Below are positions 55,601 to 62,436 of a stretch of DNA of 64,000 nt, one piece after another. Every line of letters begins with the position of its first letter. The first letter of the stretch is position 1. The translations under genes were made by a program, and so were the position numbers. Below the pieces are notes generated by a model. The model was given only the letters and a program-made list of their open reading frames with translations, had not been told where the DNA came from and did not search any database. The DNA is taken from IMG/VR virus record IMGVR_UViG_3300045391_000819, positions 32,001 to 96,000 of that record. The stretch is one strand, 5' to 3'. This DNA comes from a virus.

Positions 55601-56053
55601 ACTAATATCACCACTACCTAAACCGTTTAATACCTGTGGTATAGCTGTAACGGTTTCAAGAAATGTTCCTCCAGCTTGTGCTCCAAACTTTAATATGTTA
55701 TTCTTCCAAGCATCAAACCAACCCTGACGAGCAGCGTATTGATGTTCAAGTTCAGGATTAAATGGATTGTAACCATATCTTGAACTGTCATATCTTATTG
55801 TTTGTTCAAGTGGAGTTTTAACAGGAGTGTTAAACTTTGTAGAAGAAATGAAAGGATTTTGCTGAACAGCTGTTTGTCTAAGATTCTGACCGATACTATC
55901 AAAAATATCCTTCGCACTAGGCGTAGGATTCTCACCACCTTCTGCGGGTGTCTGAGGGAATTGTGTCGGTGCTTGACTTGGATTTAGGTTTGCAAACCCT
56001 TTATCCAAAAAGTCATTAGCCCGATTGTAACCGTTATTTATTGTATCTGGCAT
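46622..56053 (-). CDS. giant virion cargo / polyvalent-type protein (3143 aa) with zincin-like motif
   Basis: Single ORF; TTPFHEYLH at 50014-50000; SH3-like repeats (VGDKVSYDG, INDRVWYNN); helical C-terminus. Confidence 0.7.
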   Translation of the reverse strand: MPDTINNGYNRANDFLDKGFANLNPSQAPTQFPQTPAEGGENPTPSAKDIFDSIGQNLRQTAVQQNPFISSTKFNTPVKTPLEQTIRYDSSRYGYNPFNPELEHQYAARQGWFDAWKNNILKFGAQAGGTFLETVTAIPQVLNGLGSGDISKIYNNPLSNSISQWTEGLEQTLPNYQSAFEEQHPVLSYIPGFSSLKTLGDKWGGVLKTLGFVVGSVGGAVVQDALVGAATGGVGELPLIEPQLMAFTGKIGKIFASPGGAVKLAESVKNGMAVEDAVNGIYNTVKNTDRFRYGLSLFTTATGGSIIFANGVYNDVKKNLTDEYYGKYGRDPQEADAAKIQEYARTAGNVDLFANTALQMKVFDSVFGTIFKPTSAVLREAESKVPVALQKGSVDVFEAVNPQTKFGILRKIGGPLKTTATTGAEMAGIYGVGRSAEDYARRKFDDESVSDTDNFTRSLATGLYDTFTTEQGIENILIGVLGGALIHGGKSLIESKRGVENNSDVISKNVLALLNSAKVSDVFKNTYNEAVTADSLAKSMKKAAESGDIFEYQNLKFQQLFNFISSGTKAGKYELRLSQLETLKDLSGPEFQKMFGLDYSDANRRTVSDYVDAVIKKSKDIKENIDKVDTVFKNPFPETDRKNRVAFEEYKNQLALDLSEMNNNRERIRSITGEISKVAPLLDKNKLIDLTHEIGIDQTVKRFEDRIKQIDESNKLSEKSSEFYKEDQKEKAFLQEKVQELKTGNTTDYHPDLYNTVGEIVNYYSNGDSLKADNNVHPIDLLPMLTNAQDAFKLENANNRALYHYQQLTGKKGFDNYIQDVLASNNANYARFMDNLVNTLTNPQKEEGTVAAGDTITIDDNGNPVKEVPKTETKKAAPKTETKVTVKKIQETPEEKKQADSARKDYEAKKAEIEKARTAELKQTEETTGKPLTEEVKNEINQNYDTQQSELEKTVPVILSTTKAEEEVDISEIENPENQEVKKIAEDSKAPAQGTVKNSIYKNSDPFVLVNRVYSRDFEDSKENTNLRKAVFTNTPQKLYGKLQVNVSKSTKGKQKGEYSHIPKTGIYRSGYGYDIDLVSDGDVLGKMQPGDSLFFKRGEEYVPLTEVSKDEYQKVTGNDPATYNEFINDLKAYQQITDTILKHYQETGKKTFNNAEVQQLFNIHVKYGRVEYAKGSATATKLSDVTHKTNGDFVISMPLNEGKRGEPTILNENELEARDAEKAWQFIADNNEQLQKINSRYIYVTQMPDKSYQKISAIAARPSETNADTVNGLLSRIAQVTGTTEKKDISSINKDLRNNIFISDNNARKGAGSRMHLFVNEDGKVYFNIVNGDYKRGLFLPDAKSAKNLDELVGQINKVIQRKSVEDRELAGLNLKLDVKDFKTSIPNDERVPLKELRNQLTIAAPPDIFDSYSLHVLPLKSKPAGEFVPHVEKTLEPEEASLVETLQASIDQLTPELKDNVETVLNAGVDSQKELAETIADVVANDPEGAKEILPAPVIEKAEAFNNAMSDVEAFAAGHAEDMRKASQYEYPGKVKKGDILLLPREVGKNQFKFTGKAIWRGGQWNLQIETLDGKIDGYHAEDTLKDSTGKTLERSAPVIEIKAGEVKPKRARKPVKAKKVNIEQTQEVATEVAKEEPSTPQVQVEGKQAPEVQSKESLVKQAKAAVTDLPLMYRDAFLEDVEGNLRSLAEQLKDPSSEKVARSTFKERLSNIALEMFPEIKAPEHDLLTQANEEAEVSAADTEGHRERLQASLQEAVQQQVTSLPKVEVPSLHKAPETVEEVNAKYSEQYRKMNSRLEQLLEREGDTDAEIEARHLREDIADYKKEWDKELALAKSKEVEVGDKVSYDGKEVVVTDKSESGNGEPVFTVSDGGKGESTVYGDKIYKIDETIGDPVDLPPAVTRDLEINDRVWYNNKQYRVLAVDREKATIQDNEGSSKTVLKEAIIPHDEEVDHTYAIEYTGLKGILDTLQKRFGIKYQVVDDAGGKWQGRFKDGIVYINKSNVDRTTPFHEYLHPFLKVLEVDNPELYKNLSDEFDKLVEESLDDSATEAISETRRLYKDSTPAEQQQEALVRYISKIAAQNVNPEGQKVGSQYNRAMLTLIKKFTDWLGKMWDKVFGSKLKNIPTEATLQDMADVISLTDYAFDLRSRMDVVDNMDVFQKNADQFNTEIIERLKRNLDKFSTTAKRLNSEELGSEAATIRKFFKEKTEAESLNSFVYQGIKGLSWATDEFSRITGKIKNPENKLDAKDIQELNKSLDVVKQMIAFYREDVNDLFKRIGNRKEMDDETYRTYAETLREANVVADKIQTRSVDLMVEWLYPAIEHTNELIREKYPDFVLTKDAFRKELYNATGDVDRLFFALGSVGSSKDPVSAIVSNVIKDVVEDAHRYDAVLSHIIKTGYDTFLKEKGLPNDRNKTSQHYKDNYLRKARILEKTGENEAGEPKYEYVERWAFHQDYLYDKWVEEYEAYVKSLGAEPEDKIAKQAWIAKLNDWQTENGTINKPAKRFLNPKFLDLYEKDKMFTILYDAYKEGNENLQAEEQLQFGIVPQVSKGKNMFSDLSWSKMGAVNAAKQLGNFFAPKAEEGNEFDVNLTNMDGSVYKKIRTAYIRPLDEADLDLALPETVFKFAGVTNLSNKMRELEPNIRTLKSLLDGDSQFIKKARGVVDVIKKSKGNKAETITNNVLSSKKAARLSLVNKQLSAFIDDVVYGDTEVTDTVKVLGRQLDLNKWGNNMAFLTALNNMAFNITAGVSNVIIGDIQAFGEALGGKYYKPENYRKAQGQYWSAVPDFANDVSSLKKSKITQLGVKYDAIQGEFRDKYGKRFVGNVMQKYASADTLFIFNHAGEHHIQLTGMLALMDSTKVKMADGTEVSLYDAHEITPNGYLKLKDGAQWTDAQNNDFTKRLHSLNKILNGNYSKFDKAYLQRKWYGKLALVYRKYLYNAFRARYGKKRVDYELQDVYEGYYRTFFNKLGKDIKAYKFEAAKRMLTRDGWTADEKYAYNKTMYELGLFTGITMLGIAIGANQSNEDDKSWGRDYLTLLMLRARGDVGQYTLFGATDMLRIMKNPSAVIQALSRYSDFFLQLTTQPFATYNRKTGPFASGTSILQAKMLKAIPILRQVVNLMSPAEQKKFYTLINKNF

Positions 56054-56056
56054 TCT

Positions 56057-58690
56057 TTATTTTCTTGTTCCGTACAACAGTTCCTGAAATTCCTTGTAAG
56101 TTAATTTTCTCAAAGGATTTGTTGCAGCTTGTTGTATGTAGGTTTTAGCGAGAGTATAAGCTTCTGAAGCACTCATACCTTCTGTATTTGGTATATCTAA
56201 TAAATCATATTGTCCTGTCTTCTGACCATTTTTATCAAAGTAATAATATTTAGCTTGTGCTTTATAAGTAGCTCCGTTTAAGGCTTTAGAATTACTCTTG
56301 TATATACGTATAGGTAAAGATAAATCCTTACTTCCATATACAGGTAAATCATCTGCTTCACCTTTAAGATTTACAGCGTAATTCAAATTTTCATATGGAT
56401 CACGATTAAGTCCTAATAGCTTAGCATTTTCATCGCTTACAGGAATTTTGTAGTAAGCTATATCTTCTTTATTTCCACTTCCTGTAACTACTTGGGCACT
56501 AATATAATATGGGTTGCCCGGCTCAGCACTTACTCCAGCAGTTATAGGTTTTATATTTTCAACCTTTACTTCTCCTTTACCAACTTTACTCGAACCTTCA
56601 ATAGGAGTTCCTACCCCATTCTGAATCTGATCGAATATGTATTTCTTCATTCCTACATCTTCAGAATCTTTGTCTGTAAAGACATGTGTTTGGAATACAT
56701 CTCTGGTTGATAATTGATTTAGATATTTATTGTACTCATCCTTGAAATCAAAACCAGCAGCTTTTATTTTATCCAAAGCACTTCTAATTGCAGGATTATT
56801 TACACGATCTCTTTGACCAGTGAACTTATTTATTTGATAAGAAATAAGATCAAAAGGATCACCCGCCTTTGCGGATTTGTAAGTTTCATCATACTTCTCT
56901 GGATGATCTAAATAATCACTATAGATACGTTTTTCTGTATCAGTAAGTCCAGCTCTATTAAATAAAGCATTCTTACTTTCTGCAAGCTTATCGTTATTAG
57001 CATCAATCCTAAGATCAATCATCTTCTTCTTTTCTACCAAATCAGCAAAACCATCTGGTATATCATAGCTGGCTCCAGTTGGGCCTTTCTCTAATATAGT
57101 CTGATAGTTCTTATAAACATTAGCCATGAAAGCTATCTGTTCAGGAGTCATTACATCTCTAACCTTATCAACATAATCTGCTCTACTAAATGCTCCTAAG
57201 TCTTCCATCTGAAATCCGGGTATGCCGTTGAAATCTTCAATTTGAGCTTGACCTACAAAACCTCTGGTTATTCCAGTAGGACTTGTTTGAGACTGGCTAG
57301 TTAATCCTAAATCTTTTCTTTTGCCTGCAAGTTCATCTATAAATTGCTGATCGAGGTCTGCCTTCTGAGATGTTAACTGAGTGTTAATATCTTGTATAGA
57401 TTTTTCAGTTACCTTTAAATCTTTAGGATTTGCATTTACATTTGTATTGTTACTTGTAAATGTTTGATCTAAAGGAAGATATGTAGTCTTGCCTGTACGT
57501 GGGTCTGTATATTTTCTAGCAGCTCCAAAAGCTTTGATTGCATTTGCTTCTTCTTGTATATCTAATTCTCTTTGTTTTAATCTTGTATTTACATCAAACT
57601 GATAGTTCTGCTGGTCATAACGACGCTGGAACATTTCAGCTTGATTAGGTTGTATAGACCTGTCAGTTCTATTAACTGAGAATCTATTACCTAATCCTCT
57701 AAAGTAATCCTGAGAATATACTTGATACATAAATTCTTCAGGGTCAGCCGCATATGATTTAGCAGCATTTGCTGTAGCCGTAGGTTGTGCGCTTTTAAGC
57801 TGGTCAACGTATTCCTTTTGTTTCTGAGCAAGTATATTATAATTCAAACGAGCTTTCGGATCGCCTACAGCAGCCTTAGCTTGTTGTTCATACTGAGCCT
57901 GCAAAGATTGAGCATCTGCTAAATTTGAGTTAAATTGATTTACTGCTCTTCCTACCATTTGTTCAGGAGTCTGTGGTGACTGTACATTATACAAATACCA
58001 CGAGTCACGTTTCATTTGAGAACGTTCCTCTGGTGTAAGTAAATCAGCAGCCATTGACATGATTCTCTCTGGACGGATAAATTCATTAGTTGTCTTAGAA
58101 TAATAGAGTCCATTGTCTTGTAATTCTACGTTTAAATCGGCCTTGATCTTTTCAAAATTCTTTATATGATTGTCTCTATATGGAACATAAGGAGTGGCTG
58201 TGCTTGGGCCATGATAGGTAGAACCTGTCTGTCCATCATTCAACCAGTCTCCAACTTTTCTCATATCGTATGCTTCGTTGACTTCACTATATTGCTTTGT
58301 TAGCTTAGGATTAGTCTTAAATGCTTGATATGAGGACATTAGATTTCTAACTCCTTTAGTGGAAGAGACAGCATTCATTATATTATTGTCAGAATAGATA
58401 TTGCTACCTAATCCTTGGATTTGTTTAACAACACCTATATCTGACAAATCGACCCCTCCGAGATTATTTATATTGTCTACAATGTTTCCAATTTTAGTGT
58501 TCAAATATTCCTTATCCTGATCCTTCATCACATCCAGAAGTCCAAACTGGTCAATCTCGTTCTGAATCCTTTCAGCTCCGGCTTCAAACTGTTTTTGTTT
58601 AATAGTTCCTACCTTCTCCAGTAGATTCAAATCTACAGGAAGAACGTAAGGACTATTCCTAAAAACCTGACTTTTATATGAGACTGCCAT
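56057..58690 (-). CDS. putative virion cargo/ejection protein (877 aa)
   Basis: Long Q/N/A-rich helical ORF between cargo-type genes. Confidence 0.55.
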   Translation of the reverse strand: MAVSYKSQVFRNSPYVLPVDLNLLEKVGTIKQKQFEAGAERIQNEIDQFGLLDVMKDQDKEYLNTKIGNIVDNINNLGGVDLSDIGVVKQIQGLGSNIYSDNNIMNAVSSTKGVRNLMSSYQAFKTNPKLTKQYSEVNEAYDMRKVGDWLNDGQTGSTYHGPSTATPYVPYRDNHIKNFEKIKADLNVELQDNGLYYSKTTNEFIRPERIMSMAADLLTPEERSQMKRDSWYLYNVQSPQTPEQMVGRAVNQFNSNLADAQSLQAQYEQQAKAAVGDPKARLNYNILAQKQKEYVDQLKSAQPTATANAAKSYAADPEEFMYQVYSQDYFRGLGNRFSVNRTDRSIQPNQAEMFQRRYDQQNYQFDVNTRLKQRELDIQEEANAIKAFGAARKYTDPRTGKTTYLPLDQTFTSNNTNVNANPKDLKVTEKSIQDINTQLTSQKADLDQQFIDELAGKRKDLGLTSQSQTSPTGITRGFVGQAQIEDFNGIPGFQMEDLGAFSRADYVDKVRDVMTPEQIAFMANVYKNYQTILEKGPTGASYDIPDGFADLVEKKKMIDLRIDANNDKLAESKNALFNRAGLTDTEKRIYSDYLDHPEKYDETYKSAKAGDPFDLISYQINKFTGQRDRVNNPAIRSALDKIKAAGFDFKDEYNKYLNQLSTRDVFQTHVFTDKDSEDVGMKKYIFDQIQNGVGTPIEGSSKVGKGEVKVENIKPITAGVSAEPGNPYYISAQVVTGSGNKEDIAYYKIPVSDENAKLLGLNRDPYENLNYAVNLKGEADDLPVYGSKDLSLPIRIYKSNSKALNGATYKAQAKYYYFDKNGQKTGQYDLLDIPNTEGMSASEAYTLAKTYIQQAATNPLRKLTYKEFQELLYGTRK

Positions 58691-58697
58691 TGAATAA

Positions 58698-58705
58698 CAA
58701 ATTTA
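58698..58705 (-). promoter_or_regulatory. possible -7 element TAAATTTG
   Basis: In a 61-bp intergenic gap 8 nt before the ATG; the -33 box is imperfect (TTTA/TTTT). Confidence 0.35.
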
Positions 58706-58751
58706 GATTAAAACCATGAAATAATAAAATTACTCATTGGTTATGATGATT

Positions 58752-61535
58752 TTATTTGAACTTTATTTCCTTTAAACTTCCATCAGCATTTTTTATAAAG
58801 TACTGAGGTTTACCACTTTGACTTGTGTTAGTTACGATGCTTGTGTTTGCAGGCAGTCCTTCATCTCCTATTTGATTAGCGAAATTCAAAGGACGACGGA
58901 ATGGTACTTGATAGCCGTTATATTGAGCGTTCTGATCGAATGCAGGGAACAACTGCATAACAAGATTACCGTTACGATTAAGTGCTCTATTCTGAGCAAG
59001 TGTCTGCATTAAACTATCCCAATCAGTACGACGCTGTAAACGCTGAGCTTCAAGAGAACCTAATCTCTGATCTTCAAATACGGCTCTAGCTTGCTGGTCA
59101 GATTGAGCTTGTCTATCCTTAATACCAGCATTATACATTGTTTCCTGATTCTTTATATTAGCATTTATATTCTCGTATTGTCCAAGTACTTGATTATCAA
59201 TATTATATTTTCTTGAGAACAAATCAGAAGCGTTTGTATAACCCTGACTGTTCTGAGGAAGTTGTCCTAACACATCATTAAAATCTCTCTGCCCTTGCTG
59301 TAAGCTAGGAAGAGGATTCTGAAGTTTAAGTCTTATCTGATTGAAGTCAGCATTGTTATATCTAACAGGAATTCTACCTTCAGTAAGTCCTGAAAGCGGG
59401 CCTGCCACATCATACCAATGCAAAGGTTCATTGAATTGACTCTTTGGATTATTAGCTATTTTCAACCTATTAGCTTCATTAGTAGTAGTGATTGTAGTAT
59501 TCTCTGGTATATCAAAACGAGGAGGAGCGAAATTAGGAGATAGGTCAGCAGGGTTAAGCGTAGGATGATTTACAAATCCTTCTACTGGAGCATCTGTATA
59601 TCCATAATGAGTAGCTCCTTGTTGTCTTGCCAACCTTTCGGCTTTATGAGCTGGACTTTCTGATTGTAAAAATCTTGTCCAGTCTGCATTTGACATCTTT
59701 GGGCCAGCTACAGAAGTTACAGTTCCATCCTGTTTTTGGAAATAGTTCTTACCATTTCTACTATAAAGGAATGACCAGCCTTCTGAGCTTGGTTGTCCCG
59801 GATGAAGTCTGGAAGCATTATCTACACCGTACTGAGCTTTAGGATTTTGAATACCATGAGCAGCCTTAACCATCTCCTGATGCTGGAATAGAGTATCGAA
59901 AATCTGACCAGAATCTGGAACGTTTCTCATATTCATTAGATTGAAATCCAATGAGTTATTAGCATAAAAATCTTTTGGATTAGATTCCAATGCTTTTACA
60001 TTCTTATCTATTTTATTATTCAAAGACTTTTGTTTATTGTGTATTCCTTCCTGAGCCTTATCCATTGCTCCTGAATGACTTACAGAAGATTTAATTTCTG
60101 TTCCAGTCAATAAGGAAGCGAGTTGAGGACTAAGAAGTAATTTTTTAGATTTCTTATCCTTACGAAGGTCTGAAGTATTTTCAAGAACACGTTCAGCATT
60201 ATTAAGAACCACTCCACCTTGTTCGTGTGTAGGAGCTGAATCTGGAACTTTGTTAATCTGACCTTGAGGGGTTTGATATACTTCGCCTTCTTCCGCTTCT
60301 ATTTGCGGTGTATCATTTACATCATTTTCATCCATACCATATTGTGATTTAGGCTTACCACCACCTGCTATATAACCGAAATAGCGACGCTGTGCTGGCG
60401 TTAATTTTTTACCATGTACTGTGCCATCCCTAAGTATTTCCTTCGCTCCTTCGGCAGTTAATGGCCCTCCACCGTAAGGATATTTGGCTATCATATCTAT
60501 TGGGTTAGCAATATTTTTACCACTCACAGAATTAAGTATATCAGGATCAACATCAACTGTATCGCCTGTAGTAGGGTCTATATACCAAGCTTTGTTTCCA
60601 TAACGTTGAATATCAGACTTCTGTACACCTCTGGGAAGAGTAAGAGGTAAAGCTTTTGTAGGAGGAGCAGTATAAGGATTACCTTGTGGATCAACAAACT
60701 TTGGTTTTCCTAAACTGTATGCACTTCCAGTAATTCCTGTTAGATTATGTCTTTGTGCAAAATCTTGAGCAAAGTAGGGAGAATCAGAACCATATTGAGA
60801 TTTATGCAAATCACCATGTTTAAATCTCATGGCTAGATTATACTGAGGAGAACCTTTTGGACATCTTGAATCTCCGGGATGTGAACATCTGCCCGGATGT
60901 TTAATAGCTCCTTTAATCCAACCACCAGCTTTCATCATTTCATGAATCATATCATGATCTACTTCTCCACAACCATCTTTACATTCTCCACCATATTTAG
61001 ATTCATGGAAGCCATGATGCTTTTTAAATGTTTGAGCAAGTCTCCATTGAGGTGAACCTTTAGGACAATCATAGTTTGGAGAACCCGGAGTGCATCTACC
61101 TTTCTCAAGGTGTGCTCCCTGAATCCATTTACTTCCTCCGAATTTCGTATATACAGGAAGATTGTTTAATCCTTGTTCGTTATAATTTTCATAACCAACT
61201 GGTTGCAAAGCTTCTAAATACTGTTTGTATTCGTTCTGCCCTGATTTAATATCATTCACTCGATTAGCAATTCCTGTAGTCAAATAGGCTGCTGCGTTGA
61301 ACGCCTGCACAGGCGCAGGTATCTTATAATCCCCTGTAGGTCTTGAAGCTGTAACATCATTGTCATTTGCTTTGATGCTATATCCAGCCTTCTCGTATTT
61401 ATTTACGAGGTCTTGTCCTTGCTTAGATAGCAAGAATTTTAATATATCCTTATTAGGGACATCACCACTAAAGTCAGCCATCTTAGCTTGTGGATAATTC
61501 GGATCACCGAACTGATACTTTTTACGCTTTGCCAT
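58752..61535 (-). CDS. putative virion cargo protein (927 aa) with repeated (K/Q)(Y/F)G(G) motifs and duplicated Cys module
   Basis: Motifs read directly; EAEEGE...PTHEQGGV motif typical of crAss-like structural proteins. Confidence 0.6.
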   Translation of the reverse strand: MAKRKKYQFGDPNYPQAKMADFSGDVPNKDILKFLLSKQGQDLVNKYEKAGYSIKANDNDVTASRPTGDYKIPAPVQAFNAAAYLTTGIANRVNDIKSGQNEYKQYLEALQPVGYENYNEQGLNNLPVYTKFGGSKWIQGAHLEKGRCTPGSPNYDCPKGSPQWRLAQTFKKHHGFHESKYGGECKDGCGEVDHDMIHEMMKAGGWIKGAIKHPGRCSHPGDSRCPKGSPQYNLAMRFKHGDLHKSQYGSDSPYFAQDFAQRHNLTGITGSAYSLGKPKFVDPQGNPYTAPPTKALPLTLPRGVQKSDIQRYGNKAWYIDPTTGDTVDVDPDILNSVSGKNIANPIDMIAKYPYGGGPLTAEGAKEILRDGTVHGKKLTPAQRRYFGYIAGGGKPKSQYGMDENDVNDTPQIEAEEGEVYQTPQGQINKVPDSAPTHEQGGVVLNNAERVLENTSDLRKDKKSKKLLLSPQLASLLTGTEIKSSVSHSGAMDKAQEGIHNKQKSLNNKIDKNVKALESNPKDFYANNSLDFNLMNMRNVPDSGQIFDTLFQHQEMVKAAHGIQNPKAQYGVDNASRLHPGQPSSEGWSFLYSRNGKNYFQKQDGTVTSVAGPKMSNADWTRFLQSESPAHKAERLARQQGATHYGYTDAPVEGFVNHPTLNPADLSPNFAPPRFDIPENTTITTTNEANRLKIANNPKSQFNEPLHWYDVAGPLSGLTEGRIPVRYNNADFNQIRLKLQNPLPSLQQGQRDFNDVLGQLPQNSQGYTNASDLFSRKYNIDNQVLGQYENINANIKNQETMYNAGIKDRQAQSDQQARAVFEDQRLGSLEAQRLQRRTDWDSLMQTLAQNRALNRNGNLVMQLFPAFDQNAQYNGYQVPFRRPLNFANQIGDEGLPANTSIVTNTSQSGKPQYFIKNADGSLKEIKFK

Positions 61536-61536
61536 A

Positions 61537-62436
61537 TTAAAGCATTGTTTCTTTTACTTTACCAAAAAAATATTTTTTGTGGTTTTTGCCGTGTAGTACG
61601 GCTGATTGTCCTAACTCATCTTCTACCCTTACTGGAGTTCCATTATCTAGTCCTCTGATTACGTTGTACTGTTGGGGAAGGTTCATTTGTAATTGTCCAA
61701 ACTGTGCATAGCACGGATCATTTAAACCTTCATGTGTAGCTTCTCCACTTATTGTTGGCCCACCATACTGTCTATTAAAGGAAGCATGAACATGATCGGT
61801 GTGCGGGTTACTACCTGTATATGGTCTCCATTCATCTGATATTGAAGGATTCCATATCTTCTTATTATATATTATATATTTAGTCTTTGGATTCCTCTGT
61901 AATTCAGCAACAACATTCTGAGCTGTCTCTGGATCATTAACACCATAGTCCTGAGCGTCTCCTGTATTATGATCTGAAACTCTAGCCTGATGAGCTTTGT
62001 CTCCCCACGCTCCAAGATTAGTCACATTATACTTTCCAAATATATCCGTGTTTGTATGGAGAAGATTTGGATTTAAACCAGAAGTCTTAGAAGCAGAATA
62101 TCCTTCAGGAACATCATTTGACTCATGTGAGAAATCAAGTGGTCTCTTGTCGTCTGACTCTGAGAACAGGAAATTCAAGAATGAATCATCTTGAAAAGTC
62201 TGATTAGTGAAACCATTTATCTTGCTTGACAGTTCTTCGAACTGATTTTGCAGATTATCGTATCTCTCCTGTAAGTCTTGATAATCGGTATTATCCTCGT
62301 CGGTCTGGGGAACGTCCTCGTATTGAGGCGTTTGAGGATCAGACTCTTGAGATTGATATTGTTGGGCATATTGATCCACTAATTGATTAAAGAAATCTGT
62401 ATCTCCACCTACCTGATATTTCTTACTTCTCTTCAT
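61537..62436 (-). CDS. virion protein with M15/Hedgehog-fold Zn peptidase domain
   Basis: H-x6-D (HNTGDAQD) and HxH (HTDHVH) motifs. Confidence 0.6.
   Translation of the reverse strand: MKRSKKYQVGGDTDFFNQLVDQYAQQYQSQESDPQTPQYEDVPQTDEDNTDYQDLQERYDNLQNQFEELSSKINGFTNQTFQDDSFLNFLFSESDDKRPLDFSHESNDVPEGYSASKTSGLNPNLLHTNTDIFGKYNVTNLGAWGDKAHQARVSDHNTGDAQDYGVNDPETAQNVVAELQRNPKTKYIIYNKKIWNPSISDEWRPYTGSNPHTDHVHASFNRQYGGPTISGEATHEGLNDPCYAQFGQLQMNLPQQYNVIRGLDNGTPVRVEDELGQSAVLHGKNHKKYFFGKVKETML

Noticed and set aside
46622-56053. Virion RNA polymerase call for the 3143-aa protein
   Set aside because: No DxDxD/DFDID catalytic motif recognised; only a HExxH motif is visible.
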